A DNA stretch of 64,000 bases from Oculina patagonica (lineage: Eukaryota). Made by a program: the position numbers and the translations under genes. Shown here piece after piece: positions 38,139 through 50,596 of the stretch; positions within the stretch are counted from its first letter, which is position 1, and each line of letters starts with the position of its first letter. Location: positions 14,632,001-14,696,000 of the forward strand of contig NC_135767.1 of NCBI RefSeq assembly GCF_052425735.1, given 5' to 3'. The notes below the pieces were generated by a model. That model worked only from the letters and a program-made list of their open reading frames with translations. It had not been told where the DNA came from and searched no databases.

Positions 38139-38387
38139 AATATAAATATCGAAATGAATGGGGGGGTGTAGAAGTCAATCAAGAGCTTATTTGTAGTTAC
38201 GTCATAACCTCTTGATTGCTAAGGAGCTCGGAAAACCCATAAAATATGTCCAATTTGGCATGTTAAAACGTATCCCAAAATTTTTATGGATTAACCAGAA
38301 GGGTGGAAAAGAAGCAGCCTTTCATGATAACCACATGCGGCAAGAAAAGATTGTTCAAAATTCCTTGAACCGGTTTGTCGCAGATTT

Positions 38388-38422
<35 letters not shown>

Positions 38423-39195
38423 AGGCGTTTACAATGGCGAGCCGATAGGCGAGCCATTGTAAACGGCCATACAGATCGGACGCGAATATTTTATTCTACT
38501 TGTGAAATGAAAACAATAAATTGAATGCAATGTCTTGTTATGCGAATCAGTAGAGCTCTGTATCAAAAGTTAATGAATACTAATTAGCTGAGCAGGAGTC
38601 TGTATCAAAAGTTAATTCTATTGTTTGATTTGTATTGGGGTTTATAGCGGAGCTCCACGCGCCGAAGGCGCGTAGCGTAGCTCCATTGGTAACATGCGGG
38701 TACAAGGGAACAGACAGGGCAAATGGTATCCTATCGAACCGAGAAATTTTGGTTGTCGCGTACGTACGTACGTCCGTCCGTACGCACGGATTAGGCCTGG
38801 GAACGAGCTAGGCTCCGGTGGCAACCCGCGTCTTTTGGCGGGAAAAATCATTACTATCAAGGCCTTAGCAAAAAAGTTTTTTAAAAACGATTTCTACTCA
38901 GCTAAGCTTTATATAGTAGGAAGTTTTAAACGCGAGGAAAAAAAAATCATTCTTAGCTCTTGTTGACAATGTTAGAATTACATGAAGGGGAGACTAACTT
39001 GAGGAAGTCCGCTGTGTGAAAAGTCAGGAAACAATCTCACAGCATGCCGATTTACCAAGCGTACGCATGAGTTCACTACTAACAGCTACTAAAAGCATGA
39101 AGACTCCTCGATTAAAAAGCACACGAAGAACTCAGTTTTAAAGACAGTTTATTACAGATACTTTATTTCTGGATATATTCCTCGTTTCACCCGCG

Positions 39196-42100
39196 ATGAC
39201 AACCATAGTTAGTAGAGGAGTAAAGATTGTGGCCGATCGAAATGGAAAATCTTTCAAGCTTCTTGGTGAGTTTGAAGTAAAGACGGTCAAGGACAACATT
39301 CCTTTACGAAAACAAGGTGAGCTATTGATGTTCATTTTTTTAACAGATTAGAAAAGTCTTTGGTATTTAGATTAACCAGCATTCAACCTAATACACTGTA
39401 CATCATTTTTAAGCGATGGCTTGACATCGCTTTTATGCCATCGCACGATCGGTTCGTTTTGTCTGTTTGGCCCGATCGAACAGAAATCAAGTTTAACTTA
39501 ACAAGAAATCGCGGCGTAAAACACAAAAGCAAAATACTTCTGTGCAGTTAGAATGGAAAACTACAATGTATGAACGAAAGAGACTTATTATATATGATGG
39601 AATCTATTAGATTGAGTCACACTGATTGAGTAGAAGAAATTTCTAATTCTTAAAATACAAAGGGCCGCTGTGAGCAAGAGACCGTTTGACCTTAAAAGCT
39701 TGCTCGCGCGTATCGTATGTCGTTTATCCGTGATATCACACTGCAGTATAACGCAATCTTTGTTGAGACAACATAGGGAAATCTAAATAAATAATAAAAA
39801 TATAAAATAAAGTATTACTGTTGTTCAATTGAGCAAATCTACGAAGAAAATGTATTATTTGCATCCTTGGTCTGTGAATTCATAACAACTGCATTTATTT
39901 GAATTCCATCAGATCCTCGAACTATACTATTTACACAATCACTAACATTGCTTCTTATGTTAAAAAAAATGTAAGATGCAGTTGGATAACAGTCTTTTCG
40001 ACACACAAGGTGTCAGCTACTATTATTTACTTTAAGTTTTCCTCAAAATTATGTAAGACCCATTGTGAAACGCGTGCCAGTTATTAAACGAAGCTGGGTT
40101 CTAGCTCTCAGTCGTGTACCGGTATGTCAAACAAGGACATAGACTTAATGAACTGAAATTCGTTTTGTCTTAAACACGAGTTGTATTCAAAGCATACCTT
40201 ACTTCTGGTTTTTCCTATCCGCGTTAATTTGTTTATTCTGTAGTTAAATCACCGAAGTAGGAAGAACACACCACTTTTAAACGTTGGAAAGAGTACAGAA
40301 CAAGTAGAGAACTTTACATGAAAATTTGTAAGAATGTGGTCGAGTCAGATGCAATACAGTATGGGGCCCAGTTCTCGGCCACTATAGACGTAAACTAGTA
40401 TTTCTTTTCTCAGAATAACCAAAGAAACTTGAAATTTCTCCCAGAGCTTTCTACATTATTCAGCTTTTTGGTGTAAAGCTATCGACCGGTTAATAATTAA
40501 TTATCCCGAACAATAATAAAAATAAAATCTCCTTTTGTGGGCCCAGTTCTCGGCCACCAAAAAGCTTATGCGTAATTTCCGTATAAAAAGGCTCAATTAA
40601 TTTTCACAGTCATAAAATCACTCTGTAAACTTATTTATGTTATATCGATCGCAAATTATTTTTATGAGGCTTTTTGCAGGTTCTTGCAAAACCGCAGAAT
40701 TGTGTTGTGTGACCAATGCATTTAGGTGGTTTACTTTGCAGTGGAAGGGTCTTGAAAGAGTTAGGTGTTGTAGAAATAATAAACAAGACAAGAGTTAGCT
40801 CAAAACTTAGAGATGTAATTGAACTTTATTTTTAAAACATTTCTTTCTTTTATTCTGGCTGCAGTAGATGAAATTATATTAAAAACCAAGCGCTAAGCTG
40901 TGATAGCGAGCAGGGTGGCCGAGAACTGGCAAATACGCAAAAGTCGCACGGAAAAATTCTGAAGTAAATTAAGACCAACAAAATATAAAGGAATTAACGA
41001 AAAGTTAACTTAAGCAGAAAGCTGAATTATTTTACGTTTCACATGCAAAAAATTAGCTCTTTTGGTTGGGGCTTTCGGATAAAATACGAATTTAACTGCA
41101 TCCAAGAATTTTAAGGTGCCTTAAGAATCAGTCTATCGCAAATGTAAATCTATCGCTGGATGTAAATAACTTTTTGTTTTAATTCAACTGAGGCGTGAAA
41201 AAACGCATTGAACACAAAGTGGCCGAGAACTGGACCCGGCCGAGAACTGGGCCCCATACTGTATAGGGGACATTGCTAGCTGAGAGTCTTAGCGAAATAT
41301 AGTTTCTCCATGACCTCTGTTATTTTTCACTGAGAACTTTGCGTAGTCTTCCTTATTTTAGTTTTTATATTTTTATCATATGAATGTTATGAGTGAAAAC
41401 GTTTTGTGAAAGTTTTGTATTTCTTATTTGATTTTACAGCCTTTCTCAGAATAAATTGATTAGTTTTTTCATATTTTTATAACTTACCGTATTTAATCGA
41501 TTAAACGCCTCCCTCGAATAAGCGCTACATGTTAGAACAGAAATATTAATAAACGTCGCCCTCAAATAAACGCCGCATCATGATGATGCAGCATTCATTC
41601 GAATAACAGACTTGGAAAGCAAAAGCAGTAATAATCAAGCTTGGAGTAGGCCAAAAAAAAATATTTTTCTTGATTGTAACAAGGTTTTAAGGTATTGAAA
41701 TTGACTTTTCAGGCATGCACTAAAACATGTTTCTGTTTTTTTTTTTAAATTTAAATGTTCAGTTACCATACTATTGGAATTTTAAATGAACGCCGCCCTC
41801 GTATAAACGCTTTCCTCTAATAAACACCGCACTCGAATCACGAAAAATTAAATAAACGCCGTGGCGTTTAATCGAATAAATATGGTACATAAAAGAATAT
41901 AGCACAGATTCTAAAATGTTATGCAAAAGATCATGAAATTTTCTTAAGTTATAACAACCAAGCTGATCCTGAAGTTATAATGTAGGATAAGGGCTTGGAA
42001 AAAAATAAATTCCAGATTGCCCTGTGGTTAACAAGCAGCTCTCAAATTTTGCTTGCCTAGGACTGTGCATGATTATGTTTCTTAGTAAACTTGTGACTGT

Positions 42101-43823
42101 ATAATTTACATGTAGACGACTTGCCTGGGCCTTTTAACCTAAATTACGCAAACAGGCACGAAAAATTAATTGCTTGACAGAAAAATCTACTTGCCCCAGA
42201 TAATCAGAGGGTACTTTTTTAGCCCTGTGGCTATGAGCATTGCTTTCTGGAAGGTTGCACATGACTCATACAATTCTTTAAGCCTTTCAAAGTTTTCCAA
42301 CTTAAAGCAGTGACTAAATCAAATATTTTTGCCAATTTTTTTTCTGCAAGAGAAGTAGGATTAGTTTTTGATCGTGAAAAAAATAAGTTCAAAATGGGCC
42401 TGTCTGCGATGACTTGAGGATTATATAATTAAAAGTAAATAATACAAACATGTATTATTTATTTAAACATGTACAACAAGTTTTTTGAGGTCAATTTCAG
42501 TGAGAAGTATTTATGGAGGGTGTAAGATGCAGTTTGAAGTTATCATTTATTTTGGTAAATCTGTTGTCTTTCTAAAACTTGCTGTTAGGATTTCCATACT
42601 TTTTGCCAGGATGCAAGTTAAGAATTTTACAGGTTTTTGATATGTATAAATTTTGTTTTCAGTGCAGGGAAAACAGTCAAGGGGTGCAGTTAGTGAAATT
42701 GGTGATGCAGGTAATCATTACATAAGTGTCAGCTTATACCTTTCTTTAGCTAGATATTAAAGAAGCTCCATGACACATTAGTGCATGAAACTTGTTTTTC
42801 AAGTGTAAAACTTTTGGGTGTGAAAAATGGTACTGTATGCGTTTTAACCCCTTGGTAAGTTAACATTGTATATTTCCCTAAAATCCTCGTTCAATTGAGG
42901 AATTTAATATACACAATTTATATGTAACAGCACATGTACATAAAATGTTTTCGTTGTTCATACAATGCACCCTTCCCCCACCGTGGAGGAGGGGTATGAG
43001 GGCAAAGAACCAACAAGATCTGCTACCTGACCCGACAAAATACCGGAATACTTGTAATGATTTTGTGGGAGAAGTGCAAATTGACCTGTTGTGTTTGAAT
43101 TCCTTTTGTTAATACCTTAATTAAACCTTAATAGCTAATAAGCTCAAGCCCTAACTTAACATAAATTGTCTTGTTGTGGTACCAGGCAAATGTAGAAATA
43201 GAACTTAAACTCAGCTGAAATTTTACGTGAACACAAAGACTTAGTAAAATTTTAGAGCTGTTTAGGCCAGAAAAGCCAGCTGGGCTTGTTGATGAACCGG
43301 CTAAGTGTTTTCTTAGCTACATCCCTGATAAAAGGTTTAGGGAGAATATGTAAGCTTTCCTGGACTTAATCACAGTACTTTCAACAGCACCTGTCAGAGA
43401 TAAATAATTATAAGAGTCTCAAAAGACACATCATTTTGTAGGGAACTCTTGAATTAAGCCGGGGTTTCACACCCCAAAACATTCATCAAAGCCTTGCCAT
43501 GTGCCGGGTCTTTTTGATAGCACTATTAGTGTCTTCAGTAGGTAAAAAAAGGTTTTGCTGACACACTCACTCTGAAAGGACTTTTTGGTTCTAAACATAC
43601 ATGTATCCCCCAACACATTCCCTGGCCCATGCAAAAATTGGAAAAATAACTCTCTTTTTTATGTATCTGTATAATGTTCTGAATAAATTCAATTAAAATT
43701 ATAAATATTCATTTGATGTCAATGATCATCAACAAAATGGTATCTGTTATTTTCCCTTTTTCAGGGTTAACACGAGTAGCAGAATTTCCACAGAGAGTTG
43801 CAGACACAGAGAGAGAGAGATAA
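39196..43823 (+). CDS. Putative 3-exon, 75-aa gene inside the Helentron-like element (39196-39316, 42663-42710, 43765-43823)
   Basis: ATG..CAAG|GTGAG; TTTTGTTTTCAG|48 nt|GTAATC; TTTCCCTTTTTCAG|..TAA. Both introns are phase 1 and the joined frame is open. No recognisable domain. Confidence 0.35.
39400..39868 (-). repeat. Dispersed repeat; second copy at about 51575-52005 (+)
   Basis: TTTCCCTATGTTGTCTCAACAAAGATT and AAGTTAAACTTGATTTCTGTTCGATCGGG occur in opposite orientation at the two sites. Confidence 0.75.
40357..41261. mobile_element. Tc1/mariner-pogo-like MITE
   Basis: TA|CAGTATGGGGCCCAGTTCTCGGCC...GGCCGAGAACTGGGCCCCATACTG|TA, with internal CCAGTTCTCGGCC repeats. Confidence 0.9.
41487..41885. 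mobile_element. pogo-like MITE
   Basis: TA|CCGTATTTAATCGATTAAACGCC...GGCGTTTAATCGAATAAATATGG|TA. Confidence 0.82.
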
Positions 43824-44019
43824 ATGAACAATCAGAATATATTATTTCTTCATTGCATGTACAACTAATACTTATGTACTCTGTGTGAAATACAATTTAT
43901 GTGGTCAGGTGTAATTTTAAAGTTAATGAAATAGAGCCAGATAAGGCTCATCCATGTACGTATTTCTTAAGGGATCTCTGACAACACAATATAAAAATCA
44001 TCCGGCTACCCAAACATTT

Positions 44020-45248
44020 GTGGGAGGTTTGGTGACGTAATGGTTATTGTGCTGGACTCCGGATCGAGCGGTCCGGGTTCGAGACCTGGCCCGGGCACTA
44101 CGTTGCGTTCTTAGGGACTGGTCAATAAGTACAGGGGGGGGGGGGGGGTGGGCCGGAGCAGAAAGGGGGGTGGGTCATCAGTTTTTGAACCCTCGAAAAG
44201 GGGTGGGTTATGTAGTTTTGATCTACACGTAGGGGGTGGGTCATCTTATTTATTCACTAACTTTTAACTGTTAGAGTTCCAAGAAAAGTTGTATTCATCA
44301 GTATATAAAATTGATAAATTTCTCCATTTAAGCAGTTTTAAATGAATTTCTAGTGATTTCAAAAAGCCCAAATATAAAAATTTCCCGGGGGAGCATACCC
44401 CCTAAAAATTTCACCCCCTAGATGGCTTGTAATAATATTATTAGTTTTACCTGACTCTCAACCTGCATAGATTCACGCTGGGCTTTAGGCCTTTTAATAC
44501 CAGTAAACTCTTTTCTCAAACGATTTGCAAATATGAATGATGGACAGTGGTTGTATTTTAAGTTATTAATTTCTGTATAAAAATATGAACTCTTCAATAA
44601 TTGATTATGAATTAATATCATACATGTATACCGATTAAGCTTTTTGCATATGTTTGTGTCTAAATTTCCCCATGGACTTTACACACAAATATGTGGAAAA
44701 CTTACAAAAGGCTAGTATGAGAAGTGATAAATTCATCCTTTTTTCACTTTTAAGAAATGGAAAAAGACATACACGGGGAATTTCAATTTAAAAGCTGAAG
44801 TCAAATTAAAAAAATCTCCAACCCCTAACAGATGATAAAGAAATGATAGGTCCCTTGATTTTTTTTAGCAAAAGGGGTGGGTCATGTAATTTTCAACCCC
44901 CTGTCAGGGGTGGGTTAGTCAGTTTTAAGCCAGACGGAAGGGGTGGGTCACAAATTTTCGAGCCACCACTTTTCCAATTGCTCCGGCCCACCCCCCCCCC
45001 CCCCCCCCCTGATACTTATTGACCAGTCCCTTAGGCAAGACACTTTACTCTCATAGTCCTTCTCTTCACCCAGGTGTATAAATGGGCACCGGCTTATTTA
45101 CTGCTGGGGGAGGGGGGGGGGGTTAACCCTGCGATGGACTAGCATCCCATCCAGGGGGAGTAGAAATACTCCTAGCCGCTTAATAATGCTGCAGAAACCT
45201 GGTTACGTTCCAGCCTGATGAGCCACTTGGCTCAACAGCAGGCTTTAC
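44020..45248 (+). mobile_element. tRNA-derived SINE with 14-bp TSD, interrupted by a MITE
   Basis: TSD CTACCCAAACATTT at 44006-44019 and 45249-45262; homologous to the SINE at 32114. Confidence 0.9.
44114..45030. mobile_element. PIF/Harbinger-like MITE inside the SINE
   Basis: TTA|GGGACTGGTCAATAAGTA...TACTTATTGACCAGTCCC|TTA. Confidence 0.88.
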
Positions 45249-46645
45249 CTACCCAAACATTTAATTGCCAGTGCCCACACTGTGAAGAACAGTAATCATG
45301 ATAATGAGATACATGTACACAGTTCATCAATCTCTAAATTAATCTCACATGTTGCAATACAATAATAACTGATAAAATATATGTTGTTCATAGGCAAATT
45401 TTTACTTCACCAAAACCGAACTCAGTCATTAAATAATAAAACATTAAACACAGCTGTTTTGTTTTGTGGGTGTGTCTCACAGATTAGTTATTTGTTGTTA
45501 TTTATAGTATCGGGAAAAAATACTGTCACTGTTCCAATAGGGCCCCCGTTTGAGGGGGGGGGGGGGACAAGCTACATGCAAAACTTTCCAGTTGTATGCT
45601 ATGTACAGCTATAACATACCAGTTATGGTGGGTGTATGGATATTTTCTAGAGCAACGCTTTCTTTGTTCTAGTTTCTCTTTGAGAGTTTATATATCTTTG
45701 GGAGGTTATGCACAAACTGCTAGATGATCATCCTCTTTTGATTGATCAACTATTTTTACTTTTATTTGGTGCTGTTGTTCATGGTGAAAAACAATCCATA
45801 ATATATATAAAGAAAATAACACGAATAAAAAATCATTCTAAAAAAAATGTAAAGGGCATATAACCGGGGAGCTCCGCTTTTAGGCTTGCCTAAATCTATA
45901 TATTAGTTGTGTACATGTGATCTGAATACAGTGCTGGGATTGGTTTGCAACCTCATGAATACTTAATGAATTTTACAAGGCTGTTTTATTTTTTTTTTTT
46001 TTTGGTAACTTTGCTTTCATACTGCACATAAACAAGAAAAACTTGCTCCTATTGCTGATATGAAGAAAATGTTTCCCCTAAAATTAACTTACAATGTTTG
46101 TATCCCAAATAGAAACTTCGGCAGGAAGTTATCTGACTTGGCCTGTCGGCTTGTCTAATTAATGCTGCAAAGTGTTTGAGTCATCGCTGTTTGATAAGTT
46201 AGATAAAAAGGAACGACTAAAAAAGTCATACTCGTTATGTCAAAACGTCACTCAAAAATCTTTATTGGGTGTTTAATGTTTTAGCTATAGAAGATATTTT
46301 ACCATTTTTATTTGAACTAATAACAGGAAAAGTTCAGCTATCAATGCGAATGTGGAAAATTTGCCTTAGCTTTTAAAACGTGATTAAAAAAATGAGCAAA
46401 TTTCCCTGCGAGACTAACAGATGGCATTGCCCGACATCACTTATTTACATACACGTAACAGTAGGAGCTTGTGCCATTTGAATTAGCTAAGTTTTAATTA
46501 AACATTTGAGCAATGAGCAACCAGATGGTTATAAAAAAATAAACATTTATATAAACACGATAAAACGACGCCTCGTCGCTCTTTTGAAATACGCGTTCCT
46601 GTTCATCATCAAGATAACTTGAAATCTTTACAGTGTAGCTGGAAA

Positions 46646-47506
46646 ATGGAAACCTGGTTCTGGATTCTTGGTTGGTCTCTTTCCATCCTGACAATGACTG
46701 GAAATGGATTTGTTATCTTCACTGTTTGCATAAAACGGAAGCTTCAAACGAAAACCAACGCGTTCGTCGTTTCATTAGCAGTAGCTGATTTCTGTGTTGG
46801 GATGAGCTTGGTACCGCCAATATTCATCTGCGATAAAGTGAGTAGGTGCGATTACCAAGGTGTGCCTTTCAAGGTGTTAGTCTCGATATCGGAGCTGTTC
46901 TTGATCTCATCAGCCATGAGCCTATGTACTTTAGTACTGGACCGCTACATTGCCATTGTGAAACCTTTAAAATACTTAACTTTTATGAAGTATCGCCGTG
47001 TCATTCAAATTATTTCCTTATCTTGGACAATTTCAGTTTCTTTCACTCTATTTGTAAGGTCACTGATGTATAGTTACGAAACGTCTCTCGTCATGCAGTA
47101 TATTATTGACTGGTTTTATACAGTCCTTGAGTTATTCACTTGTGCTGTTGTAATCTTCTGCTTTGCATCCATGTTAATTGTTGTTTACAAGCACGATCGA
47201 TCGGCACGCACATTAGCCAAACAGTTGCGTTTTAATCACCGAGTTTTCTTCAAAACTCAGGATAAGTCGGCGATTAAAATGATGGCTATTGTTGTATGCT
47301 TGTTTCTTGTGTGTTACGGAATTGCTTTGCGCTGCAACTTTGTACGTATTTTTAGTGGTCACAAATTATGTAATGATATCCAATATAAACTGCCTATTGT
47401 TGTTTTAAACTCCGCTGTAAACCCTTTGGCTTATGCCATCTTTAAGAGAGACATTCAGAAAGAGTTAACAAGACTAATCTATTCTGTAATCCATAAAAAA
47501 GTGTAA
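46646..47506 (+). CDS. Intronless class A GPCR (g12), intact, 286 aa
   Basis: ATG at 46646 by paralog alignment; about 22 aa differences from g7. Confidence 0.95.
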   Translation: METWFWILGWSLSILTMTGNGFVIFTVCIKRKLQTKTNAFVVSLAVADFCVGMSLVPPIFICDKVSRCDYQGVPFKVLVSISELFLISSAMSLCTLVLDRYIAIVKPLKYLTFMKYRRVIQIISLSWTISVSFTLFVRSLMYSYETSLVMQYIIDWFYTVLELFTCAVVIFCFASMLIVVYKHDRSARTLAKQLRFNHRVFFKTQDKSAIKMMAIVVCLFLVCYGIALRCNFVRIFSGHKLCNDIQYKLPIVVLNSAVNPLAYAIFKRDIQKELTRLIYSVIHKKV

Positions 47507-48380
47507 ATATTTTAAGCTGCAATATCTTGTCTGTTTTTGTAAAGGTAGATCAACTTAAATCTAACGAAGCTTTTCGAGCAGACGTTTATCACAAAGATTA
47601 GGAGATAAAATTGTTTACTTCCGTACTTTATATAGGGCGATCTTTGCTGATGTCATTGTTTACATTTTGCCTCATTAGCATACGAATTTGCGTAGAGAAG
47701 GCATCATGCTATATACAAAGTGACTCCAGTTATTTAAAGGGCTTGTGAAACTTAATTATCAGCGAAATTGCCAGCTCTTTGTTATATTTAAGAAGATATA
47801 AGCGTTCAAAAACTGCAAAATTTAGGGGTGGCAAAAGAGTTAATAAGCCATACATTCTTTGTAAAATATCAAATTTTTAAACCTACGTCACAGAAAAAGT
47901 TTTTTATATATCGGGCTCAAATGTATAGCGAAAGTAGTACCAAGTAGTTTCAATATTCAGAATTGATATTTTTATAGCAAGCTTTTTAAAGCGCTTATGC
48001 TAATGAGACAAATATTGCAAAGAAAGATAAAAAGCCGCTACGAGAGTATTTTTAACAGTGTACATGTAGCTGAACAAAACCAAAAAATTTATATAACACA
48101 AGTGAAACCTAGAATTATCTAGACTGTAATTTAAAAATTCGTATTTTTTTTCTAGAGCAAGTTTCGCGCGCCAGGACACACGCTTTAGGCGATCCGCGTC
48201 TTGCCGCGTCTTTTCCTCCTGCGTCTTACCAGAAATGATTGTTTAAAGAGAAATAAAGAACGACTGTTTATCGGTCTAAGCGTTACGATGTTCTAGATAA
48301 AATCCCTTAAACTCCGCAGTGTCTTAAATAATGCGTAATGCAATGTAGCTTCATAAGACAGATCATTGTGTTAAAAGGTA

Positions 48381-48816
48381 CCGTATTTATTCGATTGAGC
48401 GCCCAACCTCGATTAAGCGCCCACCTCGAACAAGCGCCCACACTGAAGGTAGGAAAAGTTTATAAGCGCTCAGCCTTGAATAAGCGCTTACCCCCACCCC
48501 CCTAAAAGAGGGCACAAGAGGAATTTTGATAATAATTGAAGTTGAGATTGAAATCGACTAAGTACTACCTAAGAAGCTACCCCGAAGGCCGAGTTTGTTT
48601 AGTCTTTTTACTGAAACTTTTCATGTATTGAACAGTTAAAATTCAGTTTTGGTGCATTTTCACGTTTAGTTATTATACATTGTTTTCTTGAAAAATAAAC
48701 ATACTACTTGCTAAAAAATGGTGAAAATTTAATAAGCGCCCACCTCGAATAAGCGCCCACTCTCAAGGTGCCAAAAAAGTAATAAGCTCCCAGTGCGCTT
48801 AATCAAATAAATACGG
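48381..48816. mobile_element. pogo/Tc1-like MITE (duplicate of 24308-24726)
   Basis: Same TIRs, TA TSD and flanks. Confidence 0.85.
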
Positions 48817-50596
48817 TAAACCGAGAACTCCAATAAAAACTTCGACGACAAGTTATCTGACAAGGAAACTGGGGAGGGCGGGGAAGGATCGAATTAGCGC
48901 CGTTTGATTGGTTAAGAAGTTTGGAAAATCAATTTAAGGATGACAAAATAGATACGCATGTTAAAACATTAAATAAAACTTTTTTGATGAAGTCATTGAT
49001 TTTTACAGCTATATGTAAATGATCAAATGTATAATTCAAACTTTTAAAACGAAATTTTGCAGTCATTGCTTGCGACATAAAGGATTTGCCTTTGTTTCTA
49101 ACATTGTGCATTAAATCGTGATACTATTGATATGGTTTAACTTAAACTCGGACAGTACAAAACACAGTTATTCGAACTGAATGGGAAGCGTGAAAGTCAA
49201 CCAAGCCAGTTGATGGTTGCATCATCGCTGGGATTGGTTGGAAGCTAAGGAAAAATTGTCAAACTAAGCCTGTCGTAAATAATGTTTTCAGCTTTTTTAT
49301 ATTTAGGTTTAAAACAAAAATAACTTGACGTCATTGCGCATCCCGATGTGTTGTTCGTTGTAGGAATAATAATTATCAGTATATAGTTTTTTTAAAAAAA
49401 GAAAACCGAATAGACAATGCAGTCATTGCCGATATAAAGGGTTGTCTTTGCTATAACAATGTGATTTTTTTTATATTGCTAAACAAGAACTCAGACAATA
49501 AATGCGAGGATAACTAGTTCCCCGAATTGCATGGCAATCATGATAGTTAAAGAGACCGATTTGAGTTTTGCGTGATGCATCACCTCTTTAATTGGCCAAG
49601 AAGCTTAGAAAACCAATATAAAAATGATCATACGGTCATCAAGCTATGACACATGACATGTCATAAAGGCATGACCACTATTTTATTGATTCATTGCCGG
49701 CGATTAGAAAAAAAAAAATGTTTAACTAAAATATATTTAATTAGAAGAATCATTGCCTATCTCTTGATGGTGTTGCCATGGTTTGAAAAGACCTCCAATT
49801 AGAAAAATCAAGATGAAGGGGGCGGAGGAGTCAATCAAGCACCAATCGGTAATTACGTCATCACTCCTTAATTGGTTAGAAGCTCAGAAAACCTATAAAA
49901 TATGTCAAACTCTGCACGTCAAAACCTCAATCAAAATCTTCTTGGAGTGACTGATGTTCTCAGTTTACTTTTATTTCAATTAAAAATGAGAAGATACGAA
50001 TGAGAAGCAACTTTTTAAGACACTTAACTATAATCATCTGCGGCAAATTTTATAGTGGCAGACTTTATAGTTAAAAACAAGGAAAATTGATGGCATCGTT
50101 CGACATCACTTATTTACATAACAGTAGGAACTTGGTGCGTTGTTAGATGTCATTTGAATAAGTTAAGTTCGTAACGTCAATCAAACATTTTCATGAAACG
50201 ACTAATGTTTTTAGCAGTAGAAGACACTTAACCATTTTTATATGAACTAACAACAAAAACGTTTTGGCGATCAATGTGGATGTCGAAGATTTACCTTAGT
50301 TTTTAAAACAAGATTAGGAAAGCGAGCGAATTTTCCTGCAAGCCCAACTGATAGCATCGGTCGACGTCACTTCTTTTTATGACAGTGGGAGCTTGTGCGT
50401 AGTTACATGACATTTCAATAAGTTAAGTTCCAAATAAAAATGGAACGATGCATTGTAATTAGTTGAGACCAGATGGTTACAAAACAACCTTAATATAAAC
50501 AAGATAAAACAACGCTTTTTCGTTCTTTTGAAATGCTACTCCTGATGTGAAAAACATCTAGATAAATTTGAAATCTCTACAGTAGAGAGCTGAAAA

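Larger units (their letters stand above)
38642..45903 (+). mobile_element. Helentron-associated (DINE-1/HINE-like) non-autonomous element, about 7.2 kb
   Basis: Subterminal IR AGCGGAGCTCC (about 38646) / GGAGCTCCGCT (about 45868), CGTA/CGTC microsatellite near the 5' end, 3' stem-loop TTTAGGC-TT-GCCTAAA, T-rich ends, no TSD. Confidence 0.7.
38391..45976. mobile_element. 7.6-kb composite insertion; outer layer a hairpin-ended element
   Basis: Empty site at about 21380 reads CAGATTTAAGGCTG; here CAGATTTAAG|...|AAGGCTG. Left-end hairpin about 38393-38500; right end GATTGG..CTCATGAATACTTAATGAATTTTAC. Confidence 0.8.
45977..49705 (+). repeat. Segmental duplicate of about 21383-25620 (promoter, GPCR, downstream region and MITE)
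   Basis: Continuous high identity including the CCGTA MITE; the left part of the duplicate lies at about 38160-38390. Confidence 0.9.
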
